In this document: piece by piece, positions 1-7,603 of the stretch
Numbering within the stretch: position 1 is the first letter of the stretch
Layout: the number at the start of each line of letters is the position of its first letter
Source of the DNA: Myxococcales bacterium
GTDB lineage: Bacteria; Myxococcota_C; UBA6777
NCBI GenBank assembly: GCA_027005175.1
Contig: JALTMC010000623.1
Coordinates: 1 to 43,259 of the forward strand
DNA: 43,259 nt
Direction: 5' to 3'
Notes under the pieces: generated by a model
The model's input: only the letters and a program-made list of their open reading frames with translations
Told to the model about the DNA's origin: nothing
Databases searched by the model: none
Made by a program: the position numbers and the translations under genes

Positions 1-1407
1 CGTTGTGAGCGATGTGGTAACCATCAATTTCGCAAAGAGGAAGATATCGTTGACGTTTGGTTTGACTCCGGCATCTCTGCTTGGGCGATGCTGTTGGAGT
101 CAAAAGCAGACAACCAGACTGCTGATGAGACAAGACAGGGCCAGGTTGGCCGCAGGTTCACTGTGTTGGAGTCAAAAGCAGACAACCAGACTGCTGATGA
201 TGAGCCTTTGGCTGATATGGTCTTTGAAGGCGTGGATCAGTATCAAGGTTGGTTTCAAGGCTCCTTGTTAACATCCCTTCAACTCAGCCAGCGTCTCCCC
301 TTTAAAACCGTTCTGGCGCATGGCCGAATTGCTGGTGAAGTTTCACCCATGACGGCCGAACAAGAGAATGTTCTGGCTGTGGCAGCACAGCGCCAGAAAG
401 AGATACTGGAGAGCGACTCGCTGGAGCTTCCATTGGTGGTTACTGTTGAAGGCTCCCCGCAGCACACTATTGATCGGTGGGGTGCAGAACTACTACGCTT
501 GTGGGTGGCTGTTGAAGACTTCCAAAAGCACAGGGTGATAGGTCCCCAAGATTTTGAACGGTTGTCACACAAGTACCGGAAAGTTCGAAATACGTTTCGT
601 TTTATGTTGGCCAATCTGTACGACTTTGACGAGGAGAAAGACCTGATCGAGTGGGAACTTATGGAGGATGTGGATCTTTATATGCTCCATCTCCTCCACA
701 AGCGGATTAAGGCCATTCGAAGCCATTACACAGCGTATCAATTTCACGGTGTCTGGCACAATGTATATGAGTTTTGTGTGGATGACTTGAGTGGATTTTA
801 TTTTGAAGTGCTCAAGGACCGTTTGTATGCTTCTGCTCCTGATTGGTATGTGCGACGTAGCGCGCAAAGTGCGCTGTCTCGCATCGCTCAAACGCTGTGT
901 CGATGTGTGGCACCACTTCTTTGTTTTACCGCCGAAGATGTGTGGAAACACCTTCCTGGAGAGCATGCTTCAAGTGTACACCTCACGCTATTGCCGGAGG
1001 CATATGAGATTCCAATGTCGATGGATCAGGTCGCGATCTGGCAGGGCTTGCGGTTGGCACGAAAACAGACCCATCATGCCTTTGCCAGTTTGAAAAAAGA
1101 GCTTCGGCTCAAGAATCTTTGGGAAGCGTCTGTTCGTTTGTATCCCAACACAAGTGAGTTGCGTGAAGCCTTAGAACTTTGTGACGAAAAACAGCTCCCC
1201 ACGATCTTAGGTATCTCTCAAGCTATGGTTGTGGACAAGGATAAGCCAACACCACGTGAAGCTTGGCGCTCTTCTTGGGGGAGTCTCGCGGTCGAGGTGA
1301 GGCGTGCCGAAGGCCGACGTTGTCGGCGCTGTCGGTTCTTGTTCAAAGAGCTTCAAAATGCAGGCTCACATGCGATCTGTTCGCGGTGCAAACGTGCGAT
1401 GGAATAG
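1..1407 (+). CDS. ileS: Isoleucyl-tRNA synthetase, C-terminal ~468 aa (5' end outside the window)
   Basis: Frame 1 is open from nt 1 (RCERCGNHQFRKEEDIVDVWFDSG...), so the listed ORF 88..1407 is only the part after the first Met. Class Ia landmarks are present: DVWFDSG, EG.DQ..GWF, WGAELLRLW, YRKVRNTFRFMLANL, and a C-terminal CxxC...CxxC zinc knuckle (CRRCRF...CSRCKR). Classic ileS-lspA synteny. The KMSKS loop is not recognisable (see findings). Confidence 0.85.
   Translation, partial: RCERCGNHQFRKEEDIVDVWFDSGISAWAMLLESKADNQTADETRQGQVGRRFTVLESKADNQTADDEPLADMVFEGVDQYQGWFQGSLLTSLQLSQRLPFKTVLAHGRIAGEVSPMTAEQENVLAVAAQRQKEILESDSLELPLVVTVEGSPQHTIDRWGAELLRLWVAVEDFQKHRVIGPQDFERLSHKYRKVRNTFRFMLANLYDFDEEKDLIEWELMEDVDLYMLHLLHKRIKAIRSHYTAYQFHGVWHNVYEFCVDDLSGFYFEVLKDRLYASAPDWYVRRSAQSALSRIAQTLCRCVAPLLCFTAEDVWKHLPGEHASSVHLTLLPEAYEIPMSMDQVAIWQGLRLARKQTHHAFASLKKELRLKNLWEASVRLYPNTSELREALELCDEKQLPTILGISQAMVVDKDKPTPREAWRSSWGSLAVEVRRAEGRRCRRCRFLFKELQNAGSHAICSRCKRAME
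92..200 (+). repeat. Perfect 37-bp direct repeat (92-128 and 164-200) with a 35-bp spacer, inside the ileS reading frame
   Basis: tgttggagtcaaaagcagacaaccagactgctgatga occurs twice, 72 bp apart and in frame, encoding LLESKADNQTAD(E/D) twice. Confidence 0.95.
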
Positions 1408-1574
1408 TCGTGAGAGATGCTTGGTCTTGTCGTGAATCTTCTCCCTTCTACCCTTCCAGTGGTTGATTGTTTTCCGAATTTCTGTATGGTCTGGTTCGTA
1501 TTCGATGAGCCAGAGTTGATGGCTTTCCTTTGAATCCCCCTGTTTAACAGCAGTTTCAATAAGACTCATTTGGA

Positions 1575-2816
1575 ATGAAAAATAAATACACCCTTCTTTT
1601 AGGCATTGTTCTTGTTGTCATCTTGGTCGATCAGTGGACCAAGTCGATGGCAGTTGATTACCTTCGCCGCCCTGAACGATCCGATTTTTACACGTCGTGT
1701 TCGAAGCAGGCTCAACGTTGCAAAAAACGTTGCGTTCATCGGGCCTCAACACACGGCAATCTCTCTCTGGTGGCCTGCAAGAAACGCTGTTCCTTGGCTG
1801 AGCAGATGTGTCAAAGTAAGCACAATCGTCATTATGACAGGTCTCTTGTGGAGTGGAAAGCTCGCCAGAAAGAGATGAGGCAGTCATTGTTGTGCAGACG
1901 CGTTGAATACATCGGAAGCTCACGGCCAGAGTGTGTGGTTGTGGCGAAGTACTTTCACTTCACCTATCGAATCAACCGTGGTGCAGCTTGGGGTATCTTT
2001 AGCAACTTACCTTCTCATGTTCGACGTCCATTCTTTATCAGTATTACTCTTATCGCCATCTTGTTCATTATGTTTTTGTTTGTATTTCGGTTGGAGACAG
2101 AGCACCGATTCATGGTGATCGCGCTGTCGCTGATCTTGGGCGGGGCACTGGGGAACTTCCTCGACCGGGTACGGCTGGATTATGTGATCGACTTCATCGA
2201 ATGGTTCTGGCAAAGCCGACGTTATACATGGCCTACATTCAATATCGCCGATACTGCCATCTCTATCGGTGTCGTGCTCATTGCCATTGAATTATTTTTC
2301 TTCGCACCATCTGATGAAGACGAATCTCGTGAGAGTACACCTTCTGCAAAGGAAGAGCCTTCTCAAGGTGGAGCCTCAACACCAGCCAAAGACAGGCCTT
2401 TTGAGAGTGCCCCTTCGAATAAGGAAGCTCCTTCTCAAGGTGGAGCCTCAACACCAGCCGAAGGCAGCACAAAGTCACCACACCCCTCCATATCTGGGGC
2501 GACTCTGCCATCAGAAACACCGTCGCCAGAGTCGTCACCGCGTTCGGAGCCAGCATCTGATTCGGGAGTCGTCTCTTCTGTGAATTTGTCTCGGCCATGG
2601 AGGCCATCTCAGAAGCGACTGGCAGCAGTGCCGGGAACAGCGTCACCCAAGGAGCCTGTCTCGGAGAAGGCAGCTTCACCTCGTCGAAGCTCTTGGAAGC
2701 GACTTCAAGTGGGTAGCTCTTCTTCTGTGTCTTGGGGGGCACAAGGACTGCCAGCATCCGATGAAACAGAGGATGCTGATGACGAAAAGGGTGATTCTTC
2801 AGAGAAGGACACTTGA
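1575..2816 (+). CDS. lspA: Lipoprotein signal peptidase (signal peptidase II) with a ~90-aa Cys-rich insertion and a ~170-aa Ser/Pro/Glu-rich C-terminal tail
   Basis: N-terminal TM segment (LLLGIVLVVILVDQWTK), NRGAAWG, GGALGNFLDR and FNIADTAISIG (the two catalytic Asp motifs). Sits immediately downstream of ileS. Confidence 0.85.
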   Translation: MKNKYTLLLGIVLVVILVDQWTKSMAVDYLRRPERSDFYTSCSKQAQRCKKRCVHRASTHGNLSLVACKKRCSLAEQMCQSKHNRHYDRSLVEWKARQKEMRQSLLCRRVEYIGSSRPECVVVAKYFHFTYRINRGAAWGIFSNLPSHVRRPFFISITLIAILFIMFLFVFRLETEHRFMVIALSLILGGALGNFLDRVRLDYVIDFIEWFWQSRRYTWPTFNIADTAISIGVVLIAIELFFFAPSDEDESRESTPSAKEEPSQGGASTPAKDRPFESAPSNKEAPSQGGASTPAEGSTKSPHPSISGATLPSETPSPESSPRSEPASDSGVVSSVNLSRPWRPSQKRLAAVPGTASPKEPVSEKAASPRRSSWKRLQVGSSSSVSWGAQGLPASDETEDADDEKGDSSEKDT

Positions 2817-2929
2817 TTTTCCGTGTGAATTTACTATACCTCTTACGGCTTCTTTTACTGGTGAGAACGAAATCACTTTTCAAGTGAGTTGTTATAAATT
2901 CCTCTGCACACTATGGGAGAAAAGGTAGT

Positions 2930-3991
2930 ATGCATCCAATTTTACTCAAGTATCAATTGCCACAAGATTTTGTCGGTTTCTGGAGCTTTGCAGAGCCCGC
3001 ACGCCCTTACCTCGTGTTTCTCATCGCAGGAGCGGTGTTTTTGGCATTTTTTGCCTGGTGGGCACTCTCTGACGACTCCCCCTCTTCACTCAATCCTGTG
3101 GGTTGGGTTGGAACGCTCGCAGCTGCTGGAGCTGGCTTGACGGCGGGCTTTGTTGGTTTGCACCAGCTTCGGTTTGTCCAGCTTCATACCTACGGTGTGT
3201 TGGTGGCCATCGGATTCCTGGTAGGGATTGTACTTGCTGTACGAGAGGCACAGCGAACAGGGGAAGAGAGTGAGCGCATCCTCGACCTTGCGTTCTGGCT
3301 GTTGATCGCAGCGATGGTTGGAGCCCGCGCAGGCTATATTTTTACCCACTGGGCTGACTATGTTATCGATTTTTCCAAGAAAGTTCCCTGGTACCAGTGG
3401 CGTATCTTTCGTTTGTGGGAAGGTGGCTTGTTGTTCTTTGGTGGGTTCATCCTGGCAGGGCTTGTTTGCTTGGTCTTTGTTCGGGTCTATAAGATTGACT
3501 TTTGGAAGTTGGCTGACCTTTTGATTCCCTCTGTTGCGATCGGTCAGTTTTTTGGACTCATCGGTAGTCTTGCCGCTGGCTTTGGATATGGAAAACTTTC
3601 AGGTGCACCCTGGCGTGTGTTTATGCGTGGTGCTGAACGTCATCCCACACAGATGTATGAAGCCTTGGGCGTTTTGGCCATCTTCTTGTTGTTGCTCTGG
3701 ATTCGGAGCGTGAAGAAATACCACGGGCAAGCTTTTGTTTGGTATCTCATCCTCTATCCCATCCTCTCCTTTGGTGTTGAGATCTTTCAGAGTGACGCAT
3801 GTCTTCAAGGTATTACTCGTTATGTTGATGTATGTCGTGCGATGGTCTTTCACCGTGATGTCTTCCAGACCGTCGGAGACTTTGATATCCTTTCCTGGAG
3901 TCAGCTCTTCTCTGCTGTGGCAGTGCTCGCCGGTGTTGTTCTTCTTGTTGTACGAAGACAAAGCAGTCAACTTGCGGAAAAGAAAGCATAA
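2930..3991 (+). CDS. lgt: Prolipoprotein diacylglyceryl transferase paralogue 1 (divergent GR.GC motif)
   Basis: HTYGVLVAIGFLVGI, WEGGLLFFGGF and ERHPTQMYEA motifs, polytopic membrane profile. The region equivalent to GR.GCF..GCC.G reads GLIGSLAAGFGYG. Confidence 0.75.
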   Translation: MHPILLKYQLPQDFVGFWSFAEPARPYLVFLIAGAVFLAFFAWWALSDDSPSSLNPVGWVGTLAAAGAGLTAGFVGLHQLRFVQLHTYGVLVAIGFLVGIVLAVREAQRTGEESERILDLAFWLLIAAMVGARAGYIFTHWADYVIDFSKKVPWYQWRIFRLWEGGLLFFGGFILAGLVCLVFVRVYKIDFWKLADLLIPSVAIGQFFGLIGSLAAGFGYGKLSGAPWRVFMRGAERHPTQMYEALGVLAIFLLLLWIRSVKKYHGQAFVWYLILYPILSFGVEIFQSDACLQGITRYVDVCRAMVFHRDVFQTVGDFDILSWSQLFSAVAVLAGVVLLVVRRQSSQLAEKKA

Positions 3992-3997
3992 TTTGTC

Positions 3998-5014
3998 ATG
4001 CATCCCGTTTTGTTTTATTGGAAAGTTCCTGCAACTTGGCTACCATACTTTGGGCCTCAATCTCAGGTCTACAGCTTTTGGAAGATTCTGGCAGGTGCTT
4101 TTGTTGTCGCCTTCTTGGCATGGATGTGGGCAACCAATCCCGAACGAAAAACGCCACGTACCCTTTGGGTCTGGCTGTCCGGCCTGGCTGTTCTGGTCTT
4201 GGGCCTGCCGCTCTCAGGTCTTGGGTTGGTTCGAATTGGAGAGATTAAGCTTCACACTTATGGTGTGATGCTCTCTACTGCCTTTATTGTTGGGATTCTT
4301 CTCGCTGTACGAGAAGCACAACGTGTGGGGGAAAGTCCTGAGAAGATCCTCGATCTGACCTTCTGGATTTTGGTCTCTTCCATCATTGGTGCACGAGTTC
4401 TCTATATTCTCACCACTTGGCATGAATACTCTGGCAACTTGATCAAACTCACGCGAGTTTGGGAGGGGGGGCTGGTTTATTATGGCGGTCTGATCGGCGC
4501 AACCCTCTTCAGTTGGTGGTTTATGAGACGCAACAAGATGGATTTCTTGAAGGTGTCAGATATCCTCATCCCCTCCGTTGTTTTGGGACAGGCCTTTGGT
4601 CGCCTGGGCTGCTTCTCGGCTGGTTGTTGTTACGGCAAAGTTGCTCATGCTGGTATGAGCTGGGCCGTGAAATTTCCCTCTCCGCCCGCATCTTTGGGAG
4701 GCTGGATTCACCCCACACAGTTGTATGAAGCAAGTGCCAACTTGATGGTCTTTTTCATCCTGTTGCTGATCCGCTCTCGCAAACGATTTCATGGTGCTGT
4801 CCTTGTTGGATATCTCGTATGTTACTCCATTTTGCGATTTTTTATTGAAATTGTTCGCGGTGACAAAGGTCGTGGTTATCTGTTCCGATGGGATGTCTTC
4901 CCAAGTCTTGCGGGTCCAGAGTTCCTCTCTACCTCTCAAGTTGTCTCCATCTGCCTTATCTTCCTCGCTGTCGGCATTGTCTTCTGGCAACGCAAAAAAA
5001 ATGCTGTGGCTTAA
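3998..5014 (+). CDS. lgt: Prolipoprotein diacylglyceryl transferase paralogue 2
   Basis: HTYGVMLSTAFIVGI, WEGGLVYYGGLIGA, GRLGCFSAGCCYGK and HPTQLYEA. Begins 7 nt after the stop of paralogue 1, and both paralogues start MHP(I/V)L. Confidence 0.85.
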   Translation: MHPVLFYWKVPATWLPYFGPQSQVYSFWKILAGAFVVAFLAWMWATNPERKTPRTLWVWLSGLAVLVLGLPLSGLGLVRIGEIKLHTYGVMLSTAFIVGILLAVREAQRVGESPEKILDLTFWILVSSIIGARVLYILTTWHEYSGNLIKLTRVWEGGLVYYGGLIGATLFSWWFMRRNKMDFLKVSDILIPSVVLGQAFGRLGCFSAGCCYGKVAHAGMSWAVKFPSPPASLGGWIHPTQLYEASANLMVFFILLLIRSRKRFHGAVLVGYLVCYSILRFFIEIVRGDKGRGYLFRWDVFPSLAGPEFLSTSQVVSICLIFLAVGIVFWQRKKNAVA

Positions 5015-5057
5015 TACAAAAACAGCACCTTTCTTTCCTTGCCTCATCCGGAGAATT

Positions 5058-5457
5058 CGTCAACGACCCCCACCCTATCCGGCCTTTGTCCTGTAGATTC
5101 TACCGGGTTCGCGATCGGGAAGGAACTTGAAAAAGCCCGAAGTTGGTTAGCCTTATCCTGTAGATTCTGCCAAGTCCACGATCGGGAAGGGACAAAGCTT
5201 GAACAGGAATCATCCCTTTTGAGGTTTCTCCTGTAGATTCTGCCAAGTCCGCGATCGGGAAGGAACTTGAAAAGGCCCGAAGTTGACCAGCCTTAGCTCC
5301 TTCGCGGGAGCTACGTTACGTGCGAAAGTAGGTAGCCTGGCATGCTTCTCCAGTTCCAGGCTCTACGGACAACGATTCGTTTCGCTGTAGATTCTGCCGG
5401 GGCCGCCGTCGGAAGGGTGGTTTCCACACTCACAACATAAGAGGTTTTTTTCTGATG
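5058..5457 (+). repeat. Expanded copy of a dispersed repeat cassette (TGTAGAYTC core): three 35-bp units at 5089-5123, 5156-5190 and 5229-5263, a fourth degenerate core at 5383-5420, ending in SD+ATG of the next gene
   Basis: The unit tcctgtagattctRcc...cgatcgggaagg occurs 3 times with 32- and 38-bp gaps. The 32-bp segment after unit 1 recurs after unit 3 (aacttgaaaaRgcccgaagttgRNNagcctta). The 5' module cgtcaacgacccccacc..atccgg and the 3' module tttccac.c.cacaacataaRag.tttttttctgat also occur at 32959-33060, and the 3' module with the core occurs at 30992-31050 (minus strand). Confidence 0.9.
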
Positions 5458-6813
5458 AACAGAAGAAGCAAAGTGATAGCTCTGGCTTATGGTTTTGGGA
5501 TAGGATTGTTGGTGTGGTGTTGGATGGGGAGTGCCGATGCTCATATGACTTCGATGGGTACATTGCTGGCAAAAATTGTCCCAGAGAAACGACAGATCCG
5601 TGTGGTTGTTTCGGTGAGTCGTGACGATATCGGAACCTTTCTGAAGCTGGATAAAAATGCTGACAAGCGGATCAACGAAAGTGAGTTGTCGGGACATCGA
5701 CCGGCCATAGCTCGCTATATCAATGAACGGGTTGTCGTTAGCAACAACAGTCGTTTTTGTTCCGTAACACACCAGAAATACCTGCGTCGTCGAGAGGTTA
5801 TGAGCAAGCGACGCCTCTTCTTGCGACTGGTCTTTCATTGCGGGCAGCCTCTGAAAAAGATCGTCTTTGAAAACAAGATCTTGTTTGAAGACGTGGGGGG
5901 CTACAAGCATATGGGACGAATCCAATCAGGTCGCCAGGTCTTCACCACCATCTTTAATCGGATCTTTCCATCCTACTCCTTGGAGATTCGGGTGTTGCCC
6001 TCCTCGCCTGCGAAAGCGGGCTCCAAGGTTGCTCCTGTCAAACTAAAAACAGTCGTTGTCGGACGGGGGCTGTGGCAGGTGTTTGTGCGTTATATGTACC
6101 AGGGCGTTCTTCATATCCTGATCGGTATCGATCACATCCTCTTTGTCATCTGTTTGCTGGTGGCTGCCCAAAATGTCAGGCAACTGTTACTGGTGATTTC
6201 GGCCTTCACTGTGGGACACTCTCTCACTCTTATCTTGTGTGTCTTGGGTTGGGTGTCTGTTCCACAAGCCATGACAGAGGTCCTCATCGCTGTGACAATC
6301 GCCTATGTCGCAAGCGAAAATCTAGCAGAAGGCAAGTCGATTAAGTTGTTTCGTGGATTGATGTGGGGGCTGGCTGGGCTTTCTGCTATGGCGTTGATCT
6401 GGCTACTGGCAGTCCCTCTGCTGAAGAACAACCCTCTATGGCGCCCCATCGCTGTGGGAGCTAGCATGTTGCTGGCTATGGGCTTCTTTATCTATTACAC
6501 CCTGGATATCGACAAAATCGAACCGGCAAGCCATCGATTTTGGCTTACAGGTTTGTTTGGTTTAATCCATGGTGTGGGCTTCTCGTTTGTTCTTCAAGAA
6601 CTTCAGCTCCCCAAACAGGCGATGGTTCCAGCACTACTTTCCTTTAATCTCGGTGTAGAACTGGGGCAAATTGGTATCGTTCTCCTGATCTATCCCATGT
6701 TAAGGCGAGCCAACAATCACGAAAAGTATCCAAAGTTCCTAACAACAGTGAACACCTTGATCCTGTTGGCTGCTCTATATTGGGTGATTGTACGGACGTT
6801 TGGGCTGGAGTAA
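5455..6813 (+). CDS. HupE/UreJ-family membrane protein with an N-terminal periplasmic domain carrying an EF-hand-like loop
   Basis: Signal peptide (...WMGSADA/H), DKNADKRINESE (D.N.D..I...E loop), GVLHILIGIDHILFV (HupE/UreJ H...G.DH motif), C-terminal FNLGVELGQIG, 6-7 predicted TM helices. Confidence 0.6.
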   Translation: MNRRSKVIALAYGFGIGLLVWCWMGSADAHMTSMGTLLAKIVPEKRQIRVVVSVSRDDIGTFLKLDKNADKRINESELSGHRPAIARYINERVVVSNNSRFCSVTHQKYLRRREVMSKRRLFLRLVFHCGQPLKKIVFENKILFEDVGGYKHMGRIQSGRQVFTTIFNRIFPSYSLEIRVLPSSPAKAGSKVAPVKLKTVVVGRGLWQVFVRYMYQGVLHILIGIDHILFVICLLVAAQNVRQLLLVISAFTVGHSLTLILCVLGWVSVPQAMTEVLIAVTIAYVASENLAEGKSIKLFRGLMWGLAGLSAMALIWLLAVPLLKNNPLWRPIAVGASMLLAMGFFIYYTLDIDKIEPASHRFWLTGLFGLIHGVGFSFVLQELQLPKQAMVPALLSFNLGVELGQIGIVLLIYPMLRRANNHEKYPKFLTTVNTLILLAALYWVIVRTFGLE

Positions 6814-6922
6814 GGCATATCAAAACTTGGAGCACACTCCTTCTTTAGCAACAGTGACCTGCGCGACTTCACTCCCACAAGTGTAAACAAGTCAGAGCAT
6901 CCTACATTTGGGGCGTGCTGCT

Positions 6923-6990
6923 GAGACGGAAGGCTCTCACTATTGAGAATATCGCAATGCGGATTCTCAATAGTGAGAGCCTTCCGTCTC
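6923..6990. terminator. Perfect 28-bp-stem hairpin (12-nt loop) between convergent genes; probable bidirectional terminator or palindromic element
   Basis: gagacggaaggctctcactattgagaat / atcgcaatgcgg / attctcaatagtgagagccttccgtctc. No flanking T-tract. Confidence 0.5.
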
Positions 6991-7013
6991 ATTGTGTTGT
7001 AATGGAGTTGATT

Positions 7014-7358
7014 TTATTTTCTTTTTCTCTTTTTGGTCTTTTCTTTTTTTGCGAGCTTGATATTCTTTTTGGGCTCGCGACAGACGGGACCATCGGGAAA
7101 TGGGGAGCGGAGTTGACGGCGTCTTGCAAGGGCAAGGGCTCGACGTCTCGCACGGCGAACCTGTTGGCGGGTAGGTCTTCTTTTTGAGCAACCACAAGAT
7201 CCCATTTTGCAACCCATTTTGGGATTGCATCCCACTACAACCTTATTTCCTACACGTCTCGCTTTTCGACACCCACAAGCGACAGCATTGGTTGTTGGGA
7301 GTAGCCAAATACCAGCAACCATGATGGTTAGGAATGCTGCGAATCCAATCTTATTCAT
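7014..7358 (-). CDS. Small secreted/membrane-anchored Cys-rich, extremely basic protein (114 aa)
   Basis: Start chosen at ATG 7358 because a GGAGG lies 5 nt upstream; the 160-aa ORF extension has no support. Sequence: MNKIGFAAFLTIMVAGIWLLPTTNAVAC-GCRK...GCNPKMGCKMGSCGCSKRR... with a Lys/Arg tail KKEKTKKRKRK. Confidence 0.5.
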   Translation of the reverse strand: MNKIGFAAFLTIMVAGIWLLPTTNAVACGCRKARRVGNKVVVGCNPKMGCKMGSCGCSKRRPTRQQVRRARRRALALARRRQLRSPFPDGPVCREPKKNIKLAKKEKTKKRKRK

Positions 7359-7603
7359 GAGAACCTCCTGCGTTTCATTCAACATAAGAAAAAGTGCTTC
7401 GTGAGATGAGAGAGCCATAAGTTCTTTGCAACAAAGTCCCTCTATGCTCTCCCTTTCTTTAGCTTGCCCTTGCATCTTAAGCAAGGAGCGAGCCAACTTT
7501 TTTTTGCTTCATTTTTGAGGCAGCACGTTTTTAGGAAGTCCGTAACTAGGGTTTCTGTTTTCCTATGGAAACCTCCATCATCGACGCTTGTAGCTATGGT
7601 AGG

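Noticed and set aside
92-200. Two 37-bp repeats with a 35-bp spacer, looking like a minimal CRISPR.
   Set aside because: It lies entirely in frame within a conserved ileS ORF, between the WFDSG and EG.DQ..GWF motifs, and there are only two repeats.
5101-5120. ccgggttcgcgatcggg resembling a tRNA T-arm (GGTTCGAATCC-like).
   Set aside because: The flanking bases do not pair into a 5-bp stem, and no acceptor, D or anticodon arms can be drawn.
5089-5263. Possible small CRISPR array (35-bp repeats, 32- and 38-bp spacers).
   Set aside because: Only three good units. The sequence after unit 1 is repeated after unit 3, so the spacers are not unique. The same element occurs as single copies at 32959 and 30992 fused to SD/ATG modules. 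No cas genes or leader are present in the window.
5311-5925. 204-aa minus-strand ORF.
   Set aside because: It is antisense to the well-supported HupE-like gene and runs into the repeat cassette. It has no motifs.
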